This document shows, in pieces, positions 1-9,951 of a stretch of DNA of 38,224 nt. Source of the stretch: Nitrospinota bacterium (GTDB lineage Bacteria; JADFOP01). The DNA is taken from NCBI GenBank assembly GCA_022562795.1, contig JADFOP010000016.1, positions 1 through 38,224 of the forward strand, given 5' to 3'. The notes below the pieces were generated by a model. The model saw only the letters and a program-made list of their open reading frames with translations. It was not told the origin of the DNA and ran no database searches. The translations under genes and the position numbers were made by a program. Position 1 is the stretch's first letter, and each line of letters begins with the position of its first letter.

Positions 1-9
1 GTCCGCCTG

Positions 10-68
10 AAAAGGAGTCGGGGTCAGGGGGTCGCAAGCGACCTTTGGTCGGCCCGACTACCCGGATA
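10..68 (-). repeat. GTAG-type REP variant with two small palindrome-forming inserts
   Basis: aaaaggagtcggggtcagggg[gtcgcaag]cgacc[tttggtcggc]ccgactacccggata; removing the bracketed bases gives the REP at 242-282/873-908. Confidence 0.8.
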
Positions 69-192
69 TGGTTTTTTTCTCAAAATTTCCTCCTCTAAGG
101 GAAGAAACGGTTAGGTGTGTTCGTCTCTTGTGCTAGGTCAACCAATGCCTCTTCATTGAAGCTAGGCGATATGAAGCGCCCCTTTCACTTTT

Positions 193-236
193 ATTTGGGT
201 AGTCGGGAATCCGCCTTGGGCGGAACTACCAGGATA
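193..236 (+). repeat. Truncated or collapsed REP carrying a TCCGCC-N3-GGCGGA palindrome
   Basis: atttgggtagtcggg (identical to 363-377), then aa, tccgccttgggcgga (210-224), then actaccaggata, which resembles the REP end actacccggata. Confidence 0.65.
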
Positions 237-241
237 GTTCA

Positions 242-282
242 AAAAGGAGTCGGGGTCCGGGGCGACCCCGACTACCCGGATA
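242..282 (-). repeat. GTAG-type REP
   Basis: gtcggggtccggggcgaccccgactaccc (249-277), 1 mismatch to 880-908; 9-bp stem gtcggggtc/gaccccgac with GTAG at its foot on the minus strand. Confidence 0.9.
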
Positions 283-366
283 GGGGAGGCCCGTCGGTTG
301 CGGTTCTTTCCCGGGTTAGGACAGCGTAGAATACAATGCCTAAGCGCAACGACATTGAGAAAATTT

Positions 367-395
367 GGGTAGTCGGGGTCGCCCCTGACCCCGAC
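367..395 (+). repeat. GTAG-type REP, left flank of RAYT
   Basis: gggtagtcggggtcgcccctgaccccgac, exact reverse complement of 880-908. Confidence 0.92.
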
Positions 396-409
396 ACCAC
401 TCGAACGTA

Positions 410-874
410 ATGGGACGACTAACGCATCCACGCGAAGATGGGGCTTGCTACCACGTAACGAGCACGACCGATAAGTGGCACCCGTTCTTCCGTGACCATG
501 GCTGTGCCCAAGACCTTTGGGATGTCATCAACGCTCAACGGCAAAGGGGGCGATTTAACCTGCTGGCGTTTGCGATAATGCCGGACCACCTTCACTTGTT
601 GCTGATGCCGTCAGAGGGCGCGACCCTTGGGCTCATCATGCGGGAGATTAAGAAGGGAAGTGCGAGGATGATTAACCGCCGCCTGGGTAGACGGGGCAAG
701 GTCTGGATGGATCGGTATTACGACCACGGAGTCCGGGGCGTGCGGGAGTTATGTGAGAAGGTCGCTTACATTCACGGGAATCCCGTTAGGGAAGGGATTG
801 TGGAGGAGGCGAGCGCGTATCGTTTCAGCTCGGCCAACCCGGTCTTTGACGGAGCGTTGTGGAAGGACTGGTAA
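410..874 (+). mobile_element. REP-associated tyrosine transposase (RAYT/TnpA-REP, HUH Y1 family)
   Basis: 154 aa; N-terminal YHVT, HUH motif MPDHLH, WMDRYYDH, catalytic YIHGNPV, C-terminal YRFSS; flanked by inverted REPs. Confidence 0.93.
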
Positions 875-908
875 AAGGAGTCGGGGTCAGGGGCGACCCC
901 GACTACCC
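873..908 (-). repeat. GTAG-type REP, right flank of RAYT
   Basis: aaaaggagtcggggtcaggggcgaccccgactaccc, abutting the RAYT stop codon. Confidence 0.92.
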
Positions 909-920
909 TTAATTGGGGTT

Positions 921-1153
921 GTCGAGGTTTCCCCCGACTAGCCGTGGTTTGGGGGTGTCAGGGTTCCGCCTGAGGCGGGCTGATGGTATCGGGGTCCGGG
1001 GGTCGCAAGCGACCTTTGGTCGGCCCTGTCCCTACAAAAAGCGAAAAAAATCGCCCCCCATTCGGGAAGTACGGGAAGTACGTGACGACAAGCCCGCCTG
1101 TTTTTTGGTAATACTCATTTAGGATAAGGTGTCGGGGTTCCGCCTAAGGCGGA
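921..1153. repeat. Cluster of degenerate REP-derived hairpins
   Basis: gtcgaggtttcccccgacta (921-940); gtgtcagggttccgcctgaggcggg (955-979); tcggggtccgggggtcgcaagcgacctttggtcggccctgtccctac (989-1035, same inserts as 10-68); gtgtcggggttccgcctaaggcgga (1129-1153). Confidence 0.7.
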
Positions 1154-2145
1154 CCTGAGGCCTGCAGGGCGCTGATGGCGACGGTGTTGACGATGTCTTC
1201 GGCCGTGCAGCCCCTGGATAAGTCGTTCACCGGTTTTCTGAGCCCCTGGATGATGGGCCCCACGGCCTCGGCGCGCCCCAGGCGCTGGACGAGCTTGTAG
1301 GCGATGTTTCCGGCGTCGAGGTCGGGGAATATGAGAACGTTGGCCCGGCCCTCGAGCGGGCTCTCCGGGGCTTTGGAGGCGGCGACGTCGGCCACAAGGG
1401 CGGCGTCGGCCTGGAGCTCGCCGTCGATAAGCATCCCAGGGGCCCTCCGGCGGGCGAGGTCGGTGGCCCTTCGGACTTTCTCCACCCGCGGGCCCTCCGC
1501 GCTCCCCTTGGTCGAATAAGAGAGCATGGCCACTCTCGGCTCCACCCCCAGGAGCGAGCGGGCCGAGCCGGCCGTCGCGACGGCGATCTCGGCGAGCTGC
1601 TCCGCCGTGGGGTCGGGCACCACGGCGCAGTCGGCGAAGAGCAATGCCCCCTCCTCGCCGTACAGGGAGTCTGGGAGCACCATGAGAAAGAAGCTGGATA
1701 CGACCGAGAAGCCGGGAGCGGGCTTCAGGACCTGGAGCGCAGGGCGGAGGACGTCGCTCGTCGGGTGGGCGGCTCCGGCGACCATGGCGTCGCACTCTCC
1801 CGCCTCAACCAGGAGGACCCCGAAGTATAGAGGGTCGGCGGCCATCCGGGCTGCCTCGCTCCTCGCGAGGCCCTTGGGCTCCATCAGGCCGAAGAGGCGC
1901 TCCTCGAAGGCCAGGCGCCTGGGGGATGTGGAGGGGTCCACGATCTCGACGCCGTGGAGTGTTACTCCAAGTTGGACGGCCATAGCGACGATCTCCACCT
2001 CCGCACCCAGCAGGAGCGGCCGGGCGATACCCTGGGAGGCGATCCGCGCCGCCGCTTCGACCGTTCGCTCTTCGCCCCCCTCGGGGAGGACGACCCGGCG
2101 GGAGAGGGGGCTCGCGCGGGCTCGAATCTTTTCTAAGATGGTCAT
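1144..2145 (-). CDS. pta: Phosphate acetyltransferase
   Basis: 333 aa; [61 protein letters not shown]. Confidence 0.96.
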   Translation of the reverse strand: MTILEKIRARASPLSRRVVLPEGGEERTVEAAARIASQGIARPLLLGAEVEIVAMAVQLGVTLHGVEIVDPSTSPRRLAFEERLFGLMEPKGLARSEAARMAADPLYFGVLLVEAGECDAMVAGAAHPTSDVLRPALQVLKPAPGFSVVSSFFLMVLPDSLYGEEGALLFADCAVVPDPTAEQLAEIAVATAGSARSLLGVEPRVAMLSYSTKGSAEGPRVEKVRRATDLARRRAPGMLIDGELQADAALVADVAASKAPESPLEGRANVLIFPDLDAGNIAYKLVQRLGRAEAVGPIIQGLRKPVNDLSRGCTAEDIVNTVAISALQASGPP

Positions 2146-3521
2146 GGGCTCCGCCCCGGGGGGCCTTGGAGGATGCAGATGATGTCCATCACGTTCGTTA
2201 GGGTAGGGCCTGTGATTACAAGGTCTTCCAGGGCCTGGAAAAAGGGGTAGGCGTCGTTGGCGTCGAGGTGGCGTTGGGCGTCTAAGCCCGCGTTGTAGCC
2301 TCGGGCGACCGTTTTGCCGTCGGCTATGGCGCCGGCGGCGTCCGTAGGGCCGTCGGAGCCGTCGGTTCCCGCGGCGAGGAGCACGATGTTTTCACACCCG
2401 GTAATGGCGATGGCGCCGGCGAGGGCGAGCTCCTGGCAGCGCCCGCCCCTGCCCGACCCGGCGAGGGTGACCGTCGGCTCCCCTCCGGCGAGCAGGCAGG
2501 CCGGGGCAGAGGTGGGGTGGGCCGAGCTCTGGGCTTCGCGGGCGACGGCCGCCAGGTCCCTGGCGACCTCGCGGGCCTCGCCCTGGATGGAGGCCGAGAG
2601 GATTGTGGGCGTGTACCCCAGCCCGCGGGCTTTCTCGGAGGCGGCCTCGAGGGATTTTAGATTATTGGCGACAATATAATGTTTGATATTGGCAAAGGCA
2701 GGGTCGTCCGCCTTGGGATTTTCCGCGATTTTCCGGGATTTTCCGAATAGGGGCTCTTTTAGGTGGTTGGCGACCGCAGCCGGGATGCGCTCGCTCAGGC
2801 GGTATCGCTCGAGAATGGAGTGGCAATCGGCGAGGGTCGTCTCGTCGGGCGCGAGCGGGCCGGAGGCGATCGTGTCGGCCCGGTCGCCGACGACGTCCGA
2901 GAGCATGAGGCTTACGACTTTAGCCGGTGCGGCCCGGCGGGCGAGCTGGCCCCCCTTGATTCGGGAGCAGTGTTTTCGGATGGCGTTGATTTCTTCAATC
3001 GCGGCCCCACTCTCCAATAGGCGCTCGGTCAGGGCCTGCTTGTCGTTCAGGGTGATGCGGCCCGCGGGTGCGGGAAGGAGGGCCGAGCCCCCGCCGGAGA
3101 GGCAGCAGATGACGAGGTCGTCCCGCCCTAAGCCGTCCACGAGGGAGATTATCGCCTCGGCCCCCTCCACGCCGGCCTTGTCGGGCACGGGGTGGCCGGC
3201 TTCGATGACGCGGGTCTTGCTCAAAGCCTCCCCGTGGCCGTACTTGACGACGATGACGCCCTCGTCCAGCCGGTCGCCGAGGATCTCCTCCACCGCCCGT
3301 GCCATGGGCGCGGTGGCCTTGCCCGCCCCAATCAGGACGACCCGACGGCAGGCCGTAAGGTCCACCCGACAGACCTCCTCCTCGGGGCGGCCCGCCGACA
3401 GAGTGTCGCCGTCGACCCGGAAGGCCGCCCTCACCGCCTCCGCCGGGTCTGCCGCTGCCACGCCCGCGTCGAAAATGGCCCGCGCGTGCTCTCGCATCCT
3501 CTCCTCGTCGCCCATCGTCAT
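2142..3521 (-). CDS. Glycerate 2-kinase, MOFRL/TtuD-GckA family
   Basis: [57 protein letters not shown] 3521 chosen for upstream GGGAGG. Confidence 0.93.
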   Translation of the reverse strand: MTMGDEERMREHARAIFDAGVAAADPAEAVRAAFRVDGDTLSAGRPEEEVCRVDLTACRRVVLIGAGKATAPMARAVEEILGDRLDEGVIVVKYGHGEALSKTRVIEAGHPVPDKAGVEGAEAIISLVDGLGRDDLVICCLSGGGSALLPAPAGRITLNDKQALTERLLESGAAIEEINAIRKHCSRIKGGQLARRAAPAKVVSLMLSDVVGDRADTIASGPLAPDETTLADCHSILERYRLSERIPAAVANHLKEPLFGKSRKIAENPKADDPAFANIKHYIVANNLKSLEAASEKARGLGYTPTILSASIQGEAREVARDLAAVAREAQSSAHPTSAPACLLAGGEPTVTLAGSGRGGRCQELALAGAIAITGCENIVLLAAGTDGSDGPTDAAGAIADGKTVARGYNAGLDAQRHLDANDAYPFFQALEDLVITGPTLTNVMDIICILQGPPGRSP

Positions 3522-3627
3522 TCTCAACCTCCCGACCCCGGTCTATTACGCATGGGTGGCGCTCAGCCGAATATATGGGAAACAGCTAATGGACTTCAAG
3601 GGGAATGTTGCCCCCCGCCTCTTCGCC

Positions 3628-3656
3628 TTGCGCCTTAAGCCCCTCCGCGCTAGACT
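3628..3656 (+). promoter_or_regulatory. Putative sigma70 promoter of priA
   Basis: TTGCGC-17 nt-TAGACT. Confidence 0.45.
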
Positions 3657-3694
3657 GGGCCAGACGGCCCGCCTGAGCAGAGGCTTCCGCGCCC

Positions 3695-5941
3695 ATGGCC
3701 CAAGAGAAGTTCGTCCAGGTCGCTTTTCCCCTTCCCGTTGAAAAGACATTCACCTACGTTCTACCCCCCTCCCTGCTGGGCCTTGTTTCGGTCGGGACGA
3801 GGGTCACCGCCCCCCTTGGGCGCCGTCACCTAACAGGGGTTGTGACGGAGGTCCGCGAAGCGCCTCCGGCTGAGCTCGGCGACGAGATCAAGGCCATCGA
3901 ATCCTGCTTGGACGGGGAGCCGCTGGTGGGGCCCGACATGCTGGGACTCACCCGCTGGGTGGCCGGGTATTACTTGGCCGGGCATGGCGAGGTGCTCAAG
4001 GCCGCTCTCCCGGCGGGAATGGATAGGGTGGCGCCACGGACTCGCCGTCTCGTCCGGCTCGCTGGCGGGCTCGACCTGGAGGGCGCTCTTAAGGGGCTGC
4101 GCGCTAAAGCCCCCGTCCAGGCGCGGATCGTCGAGGCGTTGGCCGAGGAGGGCGAGATGCCCCTGGCCGAGATCCGCCGCATCGCCCCGGGGGCCGACGG
4201 GGCCGTCAGGGCTCTCAGAAGCAAGGGCATAGTGGAGGAGGTTGTTCAAGAGATCTGGCGGCGGCCGGCCGAGCTCGCCTCCGCTCGCTCGACAGCGCCC
4301 CCGGCACTCACGGCCCCTCAGGAGAAAGCCCTGGCCACGATAACACAGGCCATGGGAGAGGGAGCCTACCGTGGCTTTCTCCTCCACGGGGTTACGAGCA
4401 GCGGCAAGACTGAGATTTACCTTAGAACCATTGGTCTCGCTTTGGAGCGGGGCCGGTCGGCCTGCGTCCTGGTGCCCGAAATCTCCCTCACCCCGCAGCT
4501 TATCCAGCGTTTTCAAGACCGCTTTCCCGGCCGCGTGGGGGTGCTCCACAGCGGCCTAAGCGCGGGCGAGCGCCACGACCAGTGGCGCGAGCTTAAAGCA
4601 GGCCGGGCTTCCATTTGCATAGGGGCCCGAAGCGCCGTCTTCGCCCCCCTGGACGATGTCGGCGTGGTGGTCGTCGATGAGGAGCACGACGCCTCCTACA
4701 AGCAGGAGGAGAGCCCGCGCTACCACGCCCGGGAGGTGGCCCTCGTCCGGGCCCGCGAGGCGGGGGCCGTGGCGATCCTGGGCTCCGCCACGCCATCTCT
4801 GGAGAGCCGCTACAACGTGGAGCGGGACAAGCTGACCCTTTTGGAGCTTCCTCATCGTATAGAGGACCGTCCCTTGCCGAAGGTGGAGGTGGTGGATCTT
4901 AGGGGAAACCGCCCCGCCTGGGGGGAGGGCCCCGCCGTCTGGGGCGCCCGGTTGGCCGATGCCCTTCGGGACCGCGTCGCCCGCCGAGAGCAGGCCCTCC
5001 TGCTGCTCAATCGGCGTGGGTTCGCCAACATCATTCAGTGCGTAGACTGCGGGCACGTCTCCTCCTGCTCGAATTGTTCGGTGAGCCTGACCTACCACGC
5101 CTCCCTCCGTGCTGCCCGGTGCCACTGGTGCGATGCCACGGTCCGCACCATCCGTGAGTGCCCCGATTGCGGGGGGGGCCTATTCCACTACGGGGGCCTT
5201 GGGACCCAGCGGGTGGAAGAGGAGATAAAGAAGCTCGTGCCTGAAGCCGTCGTCGCGCGAATGGACCGGGACACGATGGCTCGTCGGGGAGCCTACCTCT
5301 CCCTGCTCACGGCGCTTGGGGCCGGGGAGATCGACATCCTCGTCGGGACCCAGATGATCGCCAAGGGTCATCATTACCCGAACATCACGCTGGTTGGGGT
5401 CATCTCGGCCGACACAATCCTCCACGTTCCCGATTTCCGGGCCCCCGAGCGGACGTTCCAGCTTCTGACCCAGGTGGCCGGACGGACGGGCAGGGGCGAG
5501 AAGGGCGGGGAGGTTATCGTCCAGACCTACATGCCGGACCACTACGCTATCACCCACGCCGTCCGCCACGACTACGCTGGGTTTTACGCCGAAGAGACCG
5601 CCCGGCGGGAGGCGATCGGCTGGCCCCCTTTCACCCGATTGGCTCTGCTGCGCCTCGAAGGGCCCCGGAAGGAGGCGTTGGAGGAGGCCGCCGGGGCCCT
5701 GGCCGATGCCTGCCGGGAGGAAGCTGGAGGAGTATCAGGGGGGGAGGTGCTGGGGCCGGCCTGGGCCGCCGTCGCCCGGGTGAAGAATCGCTATCGGCGC
5801 CAGATTATCCTCAAGCACCCCTCGGCCCGAAGCTTAAACACGTGGGTGCGTTCAGCCGTCGCCGCCTATCGCACCAAGGAGAGGAGCGCCCGCTCGGCCG
5901 TGGCCCTGAAAATTGACATAGACCCCGTCTCGGCCCTTTGA
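3695..5941 (+). CDS. priA: Primosomal protein N' (replication restart helicase)
   Basis: 748 aa; GVTSSGKTE, LVPEISLTPQ, DEEHD, GSATPS, four CxxC Zn motifs, GTQMIAKG, QVAGRTGR. Confidence 0.97.
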   Translation: MAQEKFVQVAFPLPVEKTFTYVLPPSLLGLVSVGTRVTAPLGRRHLTGVVTEVREAPPAELGDEIKAIESCLDGEPLVGPDMLGLTRWVAGYYLAGHGEVLKAALPAGMDRVAPRTRRLVRLAGGLDLEGALKGLRAKAPVQARIVEALAEEGEMPLAEIRRIAPGADGAVRALRSKGIVEEVVQEIWRRPAELASARSTAPPALTAPQEKALATITQAMGEGAYRGFLLHGVTSSGKTEIYLRTIGLALERGRSACVLVPEISLTPQLIQRFQDRFPGRVGVLHSGLSAGERHDQWRELKAGRASICIGARSAVFAPLDDVGVVVVDEEHDASYKQEESPRYHAREVALVRAREAGAVAILGSATPSLESRYNVERDKLTLLELPHRIEDRPLPKVEVVDLRGNRPAWGEGPAVWGARLADALRDRVARREQALLLLNRRGFANIIQCVDCGHVSSCSNCSVSLTYHASLRAARCHWCDATVRTIRECPDCGGGLFHYGGLGTQRVEEEIKKLVPEAVVARMDRDTMARRGAYLSLLTALGAGEIDILVGTQMIAKGHHYPNITLVGVISADTILHVPDFRAPERTFQLLTQVAGRTGRGEKGGEVIVQTYMPDHYAITHAVRHDYAGFYAEETARREAIGWPPFTRLALLRLEGPRKEALEEAAGALADACREEAGGVSGGEVLGPAWAAVARVKNRYRRQIILKHPSARSLNTWVRSAVAAYRTKERSARSAVALKIDIDPVSAL

Positions 5942-5967
5942 GCCGCCTTCTTCGGCGCTTTTCCCTG

Positions 5968-5996
5968 TTGATTTATCCCTCTCTTGCCTTTATACA
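5968..5996 (+). promoter_or_regulatory. Putative sigma70 promoter of def-fmt-rsmB
   Basis: TTGATT-17 nt-TATACA. Confidence 0.45.
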
Positions 5997-6064
5997 AAGG
6001 GGGTTAAGACCTTTCCTGTATTGGGGGTTGCTTAGAGGGGGGGCCTCCGCCGAGGGAATGCTTC

Positions 6065-6577
6065 GTGGCTCGTGAGGTAGTCATTTTCCCGCACCCCGCC
6101 CTGCGCAAGGTATGCGACCCGGTCCACACCTTCGACGCCGAGCTTCGCCAGCTCGTCGAGGAGATGTTCGAGGCGATGCACCGGGCCCCGGGCGTTGGCC
6201 TCGCAGCTCCGCAGGTCGATGTGCCCCGGCGCGTCCTGGTGGTGGACATCAGCATCGGCCAAGACCCGGGGTCCACGCGAACCCTGATAAACCCGGAGAT
6301 TCTAGCCACCAATGGCTCCACGGTCGCGATGGACGAAGGGTGCCTATCTTTCCCAGGGATGAACATCGAGATAGACAGGCCCGAGGGGGTGACGGTCCGC
6401 TTTCAGACCGTTGAGGGGGAGCCTGTGGAGGAGGAGGCGTCGGGCCTCCTTGCACGGGTTTACCAGCATGAGATTGACCACCTTGATGGGGTGCTCTATT
6501 TCGACCATCTCAGCGTCATCAAGCGGGAGCTTTTCAAGAAGGAATATAAGCGTATCCTCAACCAGCGCGAGCGCTAG
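6065..6577 (+). CDS. def: Peptide deformylase
   Basis: GVGLAAPQ, EGCLS, QHEIDHLDG. Confidence 0.97.
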   Translation: MAREVVIFPHPALRKVCDPVHTFDAELRQLVEEMFEAMHRAPGVGLAAPQVDVPRRVLVVDISIGQDPGSTRTLINPEILATNGSTVAMDEGCLSFPGMNIEIDRPEGVTVRFQTVEGEPVEEEASGLLARVYQHEIDHLDGVLYFDHLSVIKRELFKKEYKRILNQRER

Positions 6578-6615
6578 CCGTCTCCCTTCCTACTTCCGCC
6601 GAGGCTGCAGAGCTT

Positions 6616-7554
6616 ATGGACGTGCTCTTCATGGGGACTCCGGAGTTCGCCGTACCGACCCTCCAGGCTCTCCTGGGCTCCAGACACGACCTTCGGGCTG
6701 TTGTGACCCAGCCCGACAAGCCCGCAGGCCGGGGACGGCGGCTCAGCGCTCCTAAAGTCAAACAGCTTGCACTCGCTCACGAAATCCCCTGCCTGCAGCC
6801 GGCGGCTTTGAACGACCCCACGGTTGAAGATGCGTTGTCAGCTCTCGAGCCGGAGGTGATTGTGGTTGCGGCGTACGGCAAAATCCTTCCGCCCAGCATC
6901 CTTAACATTCCGCCCATGGGGTGCATCAACGTCCACGCATCGTTGCTGCCGAAGTACCGTGGGGCCGCGCCGATCCAATGGGCCATTATCAATGGGGAGA
7001 CCGAGACGGGCATCACCATCATGCTCATGGACGAGGAGATGGACCACGGCCCCATCCTCTTGCAGCGGCCCGTGCCCATCTTGCCTGATGAGACGGCCGG
7101 GGAGCTCCACGACCGGCTCGCCGCCCTGGGGCCCCCCTGCCTCCTGGAGGCCCTGGAGGGCCTAGAGGCTGGCTCCCTTACGCCTCGTACGCAGGACCAC
7201 GCTGAGGCCACCTACGCCCCGATGCTTTCCAAGGAGGACGGCCGCCTCGACTGGAGCGAGCCTTCCGAGACGGTGGTCAACCGTGTGAGGGGCGTTACCC
7301 CGTGGCCTGGCGCGACGACAACGTTGGGTGGCGAGCCCATCAAGGTCTGGCAGGCGTCCGTGGGTCCTGCAGAGGCTTCCGGACGGCCGGGAGAGGTTGT
7401 GGCCGTGGGAGAGGACGGCCTGACGGTGGCCTGCGGGCGTGGCGCCGTGCGCATAGAAGAGCTCCAGGTTGCCGGAAGACGGCGCATGGCCGTAGCGAGC
7501 TTTCTTAGGGGCTATCCGGTGGCGCCGGGAACGATTCTGGGAGGGCAGGGGTGA
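6616..7554 (+). CDS. fmt: Methionyl-tRNA formyltransferase
   Basis: FMGTPEFA, VVTQPDKPAGRG, INVHASLLPKYRGAAPIQ. Confidence 0.97.
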   Translation: MDVLFMGTPEFAVPTLQALLGSRHDLRAVVTQPDKPAGRGRRLSAPKVKQLALAHEIPCLQPAALNDPTVEDALSALEPEVIVVAAYGKILPPSILNIPPMGCINVHASLLPKYRGAAPIQWAIINGETETGITIMLMDEEMDHGPILLQRPVPILPDETAGELHDRLAALGPPCLLEALEGLEAGSLTPRTQDHAEATYAPMLSKEDGRLDWSEPSETVVNRVRGVTPWPGATTTLGGEPIKVWQASVGPAEASGRPGEVVAVGEDGLTVACGRGAVRIEELQVAGRRRMAVASFLRGYPVAPGTILGGQG

Positions 7555-8921
7555 ACGAGCCCAGCGTGAGCCGACGGGTTGCTGCCCGGGTCTTGGAGAG
7601 CTTGGAGAGCAAGGGCGGTTTCGCCAACGAACTGCTTCGGGTTCTGTTGGACTCGGCGGCCGAGGGGAGCGCGAAGTCGATCCTGCCCGCCGACCGAGCC
7701 CTCGCCCGCGAGCTGGTCTACGGGGTCTGCCGGTGGCGGAGCCGTCTGGATTGGGCGTTGAGCCAGGTTTCCGACCAGCCAGTAGGGGACCTTGACGAGC
7801 GAATTAAGACCATCCTTAGGCTCGGCGCCTACCAAATTCTGGAGTTGGATCGGATTCCCCCGTGGGCAGCGGTTAATGAATCTGTTAACCTCGCCAAGGC
7901 GACAGGCAGGCGACAGGCGGCGAGCTTCGTTAATGCGGTCCTTCGACATCTGGTCCGCAGGCAGGCCGAGCTCGCCGAGCCTACCTTCGACGACCCCATG
8001 GAAGCACTGGTCGTAGGGCAGTCTCATCCCCGCTGGCTCGTGGAGCGGTGGGTGGCGCGTTTCGGCCGCGAGGCTACGGCGTCCATCCTGGAGGCCAACA
8101 ATGAGCGGGCGCCCCTTACGCTGCGAATCAACCCGCTGAAGGCCTCCCTGAAGGAGGTGGCGACCTCTCTGGAGAAAGAGGGTTTCGGAGTGCGGGAGTC
8201 GTCCGTCGTCCCTGGGGCGTTGCGGGTGGAATCGGGCCCCGTTGAGGTTACGACCACGGAGGTCTTTCAGTCGGGCGCCTGCACCATACAGGATGAGGGG
8301 GCGGCCTTGGTGGGGTATCTCTCGGCCCCCGAGGCGGGCCAGACGGTGCTCGATGCCTGCGCCGCTCCAGGCGGGAAGGCGACCCACATGGCCGAACAGA
8401 TGGCTGATGGAGGCGTCATCCTTGCCATGGACCGCCATGAGGGGAGGATGCGACGCCTAGTTGCCAATGGCCGTCGCTTGGGTCTGCGCTCCATTCTTCC
8501 TTTTATTGGCGATGGCCTCTCTCCACCCCTGAGAGAACCCGTCCCTCTTGTCCTCGCCGATGCACCATGTTCCGGATTAGGCATCCTGAGGCGCCATCCC
8601 GAGGGCAAGTGGCTCAAGGGGCCCGAGATAATCGAGCGTCACGCCGCCCTTCAGGCCGCGTTGCTTGAAGCCCTGGCGCCGTGCGTTGCCGAGGGAGGCG
8701 TGCTAATATACAGTGTCTGCGCATTCGAGCCGGAGGAGACGAACGAGTTGGTGGCCCGGTGGATGGCCCAAAGGCCGGGTTGGACGGTGGAGGACCCAAG
8801 GCCCCACCTGCCTGATGCCGCCCACCGGTGGGTGACCGCCGAAGGGGCATTGTCTATCGTGCCCGAGTCTGGGGGCCCGGACGGATTTTACGCCGTCCGA
8901 CTGAGGCGCGCTCGCCTATAG
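7551..8921 (+). CDS. rsmB: 16S rRNA m5C967 methyltransferase RsmB/Sun
   Basis: NusB-like N-terminus, IQDEGA, LDACAAPGGK, DAPCSGLG, YSVC, DGFY; follows fmt. Confidence 0.95.
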   Translation: MNEPSVSRRVAARVLESLESKGGFANELLRVLLDSAAEGSAKSILPADRALARELVYGVCRWRSRLDWALSQVSDQPVGDLDERIKTILRLGAYQILELDRIPPWAAVNESVNLAKATGRRQAASFVNAVLRHLVRRQAELAEPTFDDPMEALVVGQSHPRWLVERWVARFGREATASILEANNERAPLTLRINPLKASLKEVATSLEKEGFGVRESSVVPGALRVESGPVEVTTTEVFQSGACTIQDEGAALVGYLSAPEAGQTVLDACAAPGGKATHMAEQMADGGVILAMDRHEGRMRRLVANGRRLGLRSILPFIGDGLSPPLREPVPLVLADAPCSGLGILRRHPEGKWLKGPEIIERHAALQAALLEALAPCVAEGGVLIYSVCAFEPEETNELVARWMAQRPGWTVEDPRPHLPDAAHRWVTAEGALSIVPESGGPDGFYAVRLRRARL

Positions 8922-8934
8922 GGGAGACGAAGGG

Positions 8935-9882
8935 ATGAAGGGCTTCCTCCGATGGGTTGCTTTCACCCTGCTCTGCATCGTCGTGGGGATTGCGAGCGGC
9001 CTGGTCCTGCTGAACTTCACCCTCTCGGGCGGGGAGGTGGTCGTGCCCGACCTCGAAAGCAAGGACATCCTGGTGGCCCTGACCGTCCTCAACCAGCGAG
9101 AGGTGAACCTGCGGATTGTGCGGCGCGAGTACTCTACAGCAGTGCCGAAAAACGTCATAATCTCGCAGCGTCCAGGGGCGGGCACGAGGATCAAGAAAGA
9201 CAGCGACGTCTCGGTGGTCATCAGCCGAGGGCCGAAGGAGGTGGTGGTGCCGACTCTGACCGGGGAGACCGTCCGACGAGCCACCATAGTTCTTCGGCGA
9301 AATGGCCTAATGCCGGGACTACTTACAAGAACCCCCTCGGAGACACATCCGGCCCAGATCATTCTCGCCCAGGACCCATTGGCCGGGGTTGTCGTCGAGC
9401 GGGGAGGCGCCATCAACTTGCTGATCTCCACGGGCAAGGAGCCAGTCTATTTCCATCTGCCCTCATTCGCGGGCCAAAAGCTCAAATCAGCTGCCAAGGC
9501 TGTCGAAGATATGGGCCTCAAGGTTGGCGCCATTACCTACGAGCCGGCCAACGGGGCCCGGCCGAGCACGGTTGTCTCCCAATCTCCTCCGCCGGGAAGC
9601 CGCGTGGCAGCCGGCGAGGCCGTCCGTCTCGCCCTGGCCAAGGCCGGACCCCATCAAGAAGCCCCCGGTGAGGGGACTTTCACTGTATTCACCTACACTG
9701 TTCCAAAAGGTGTATTGGAGCGCCATGTCAAAGTGGAGGTGGTCTATGATGTCTTGAGCGAGACGGTCTTCGATCGTATGACTAGGCCGGGCATGGAGAT
9801 CCGCCTGCTTCTTCGGATTCACGGAGATCCAAGCGCCCGCATCTATCTCGATGGGGAGCTTGTCGAAGAGCGCCCCCTGTGA
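8935..9882 (+). CDS. Membrane-anchored protein with 3 PASTA domains and no kinase domain
   Basis: N-terminal hydrophobic helix; three repeats of VP.L.G ... VISQ.P.aG ... V.L.IS.G type. Confidence 0.88.
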   Translation: MKGFLRWVAFTLLCIVVGIASGLVLLNFTLSGGEVVVPDLESKDILVALTVLNQREVNLRIVRREYSTAVPKNVIISQRPGAGTRIKKDSDVSVVISRGPKEVVVPTLTGETVRRATIVLRRNGLMPGLLTRTPSETHPAQIILAQDPLAGVVVERGGAINLLISTGKEPVYFHLPSFAGQKLKSAAKAVEDMGLKVGAITYEPANGARPSTVVSQSPPPGSRVAAGEAVRLALAKAGPHQEAPGEGTFTVFTYTVPKGVLERHVKVEVVYDVLSETVFDRMTRPGMEIRLLLRIHGDPSARIYLDGELVEERPL

Positions 9883-9951
9883 AGCCCCGCTTGAGCCGGG
9901 AGACATTCTGACATATAATTTTGTTCTTACCGCGTTTGTTTGACTGGGACG

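Noticed and set aside
10-1035. CRISPR array
   Set aside because: Repeats are in mixed orientations at irregular spacing and flank a RAYT; no cas genes; they are REPs
1063-1080. 9-bp tandem duplication cgggaagta x2
   Set aside because: Too short and isolated to call a target-site duplication
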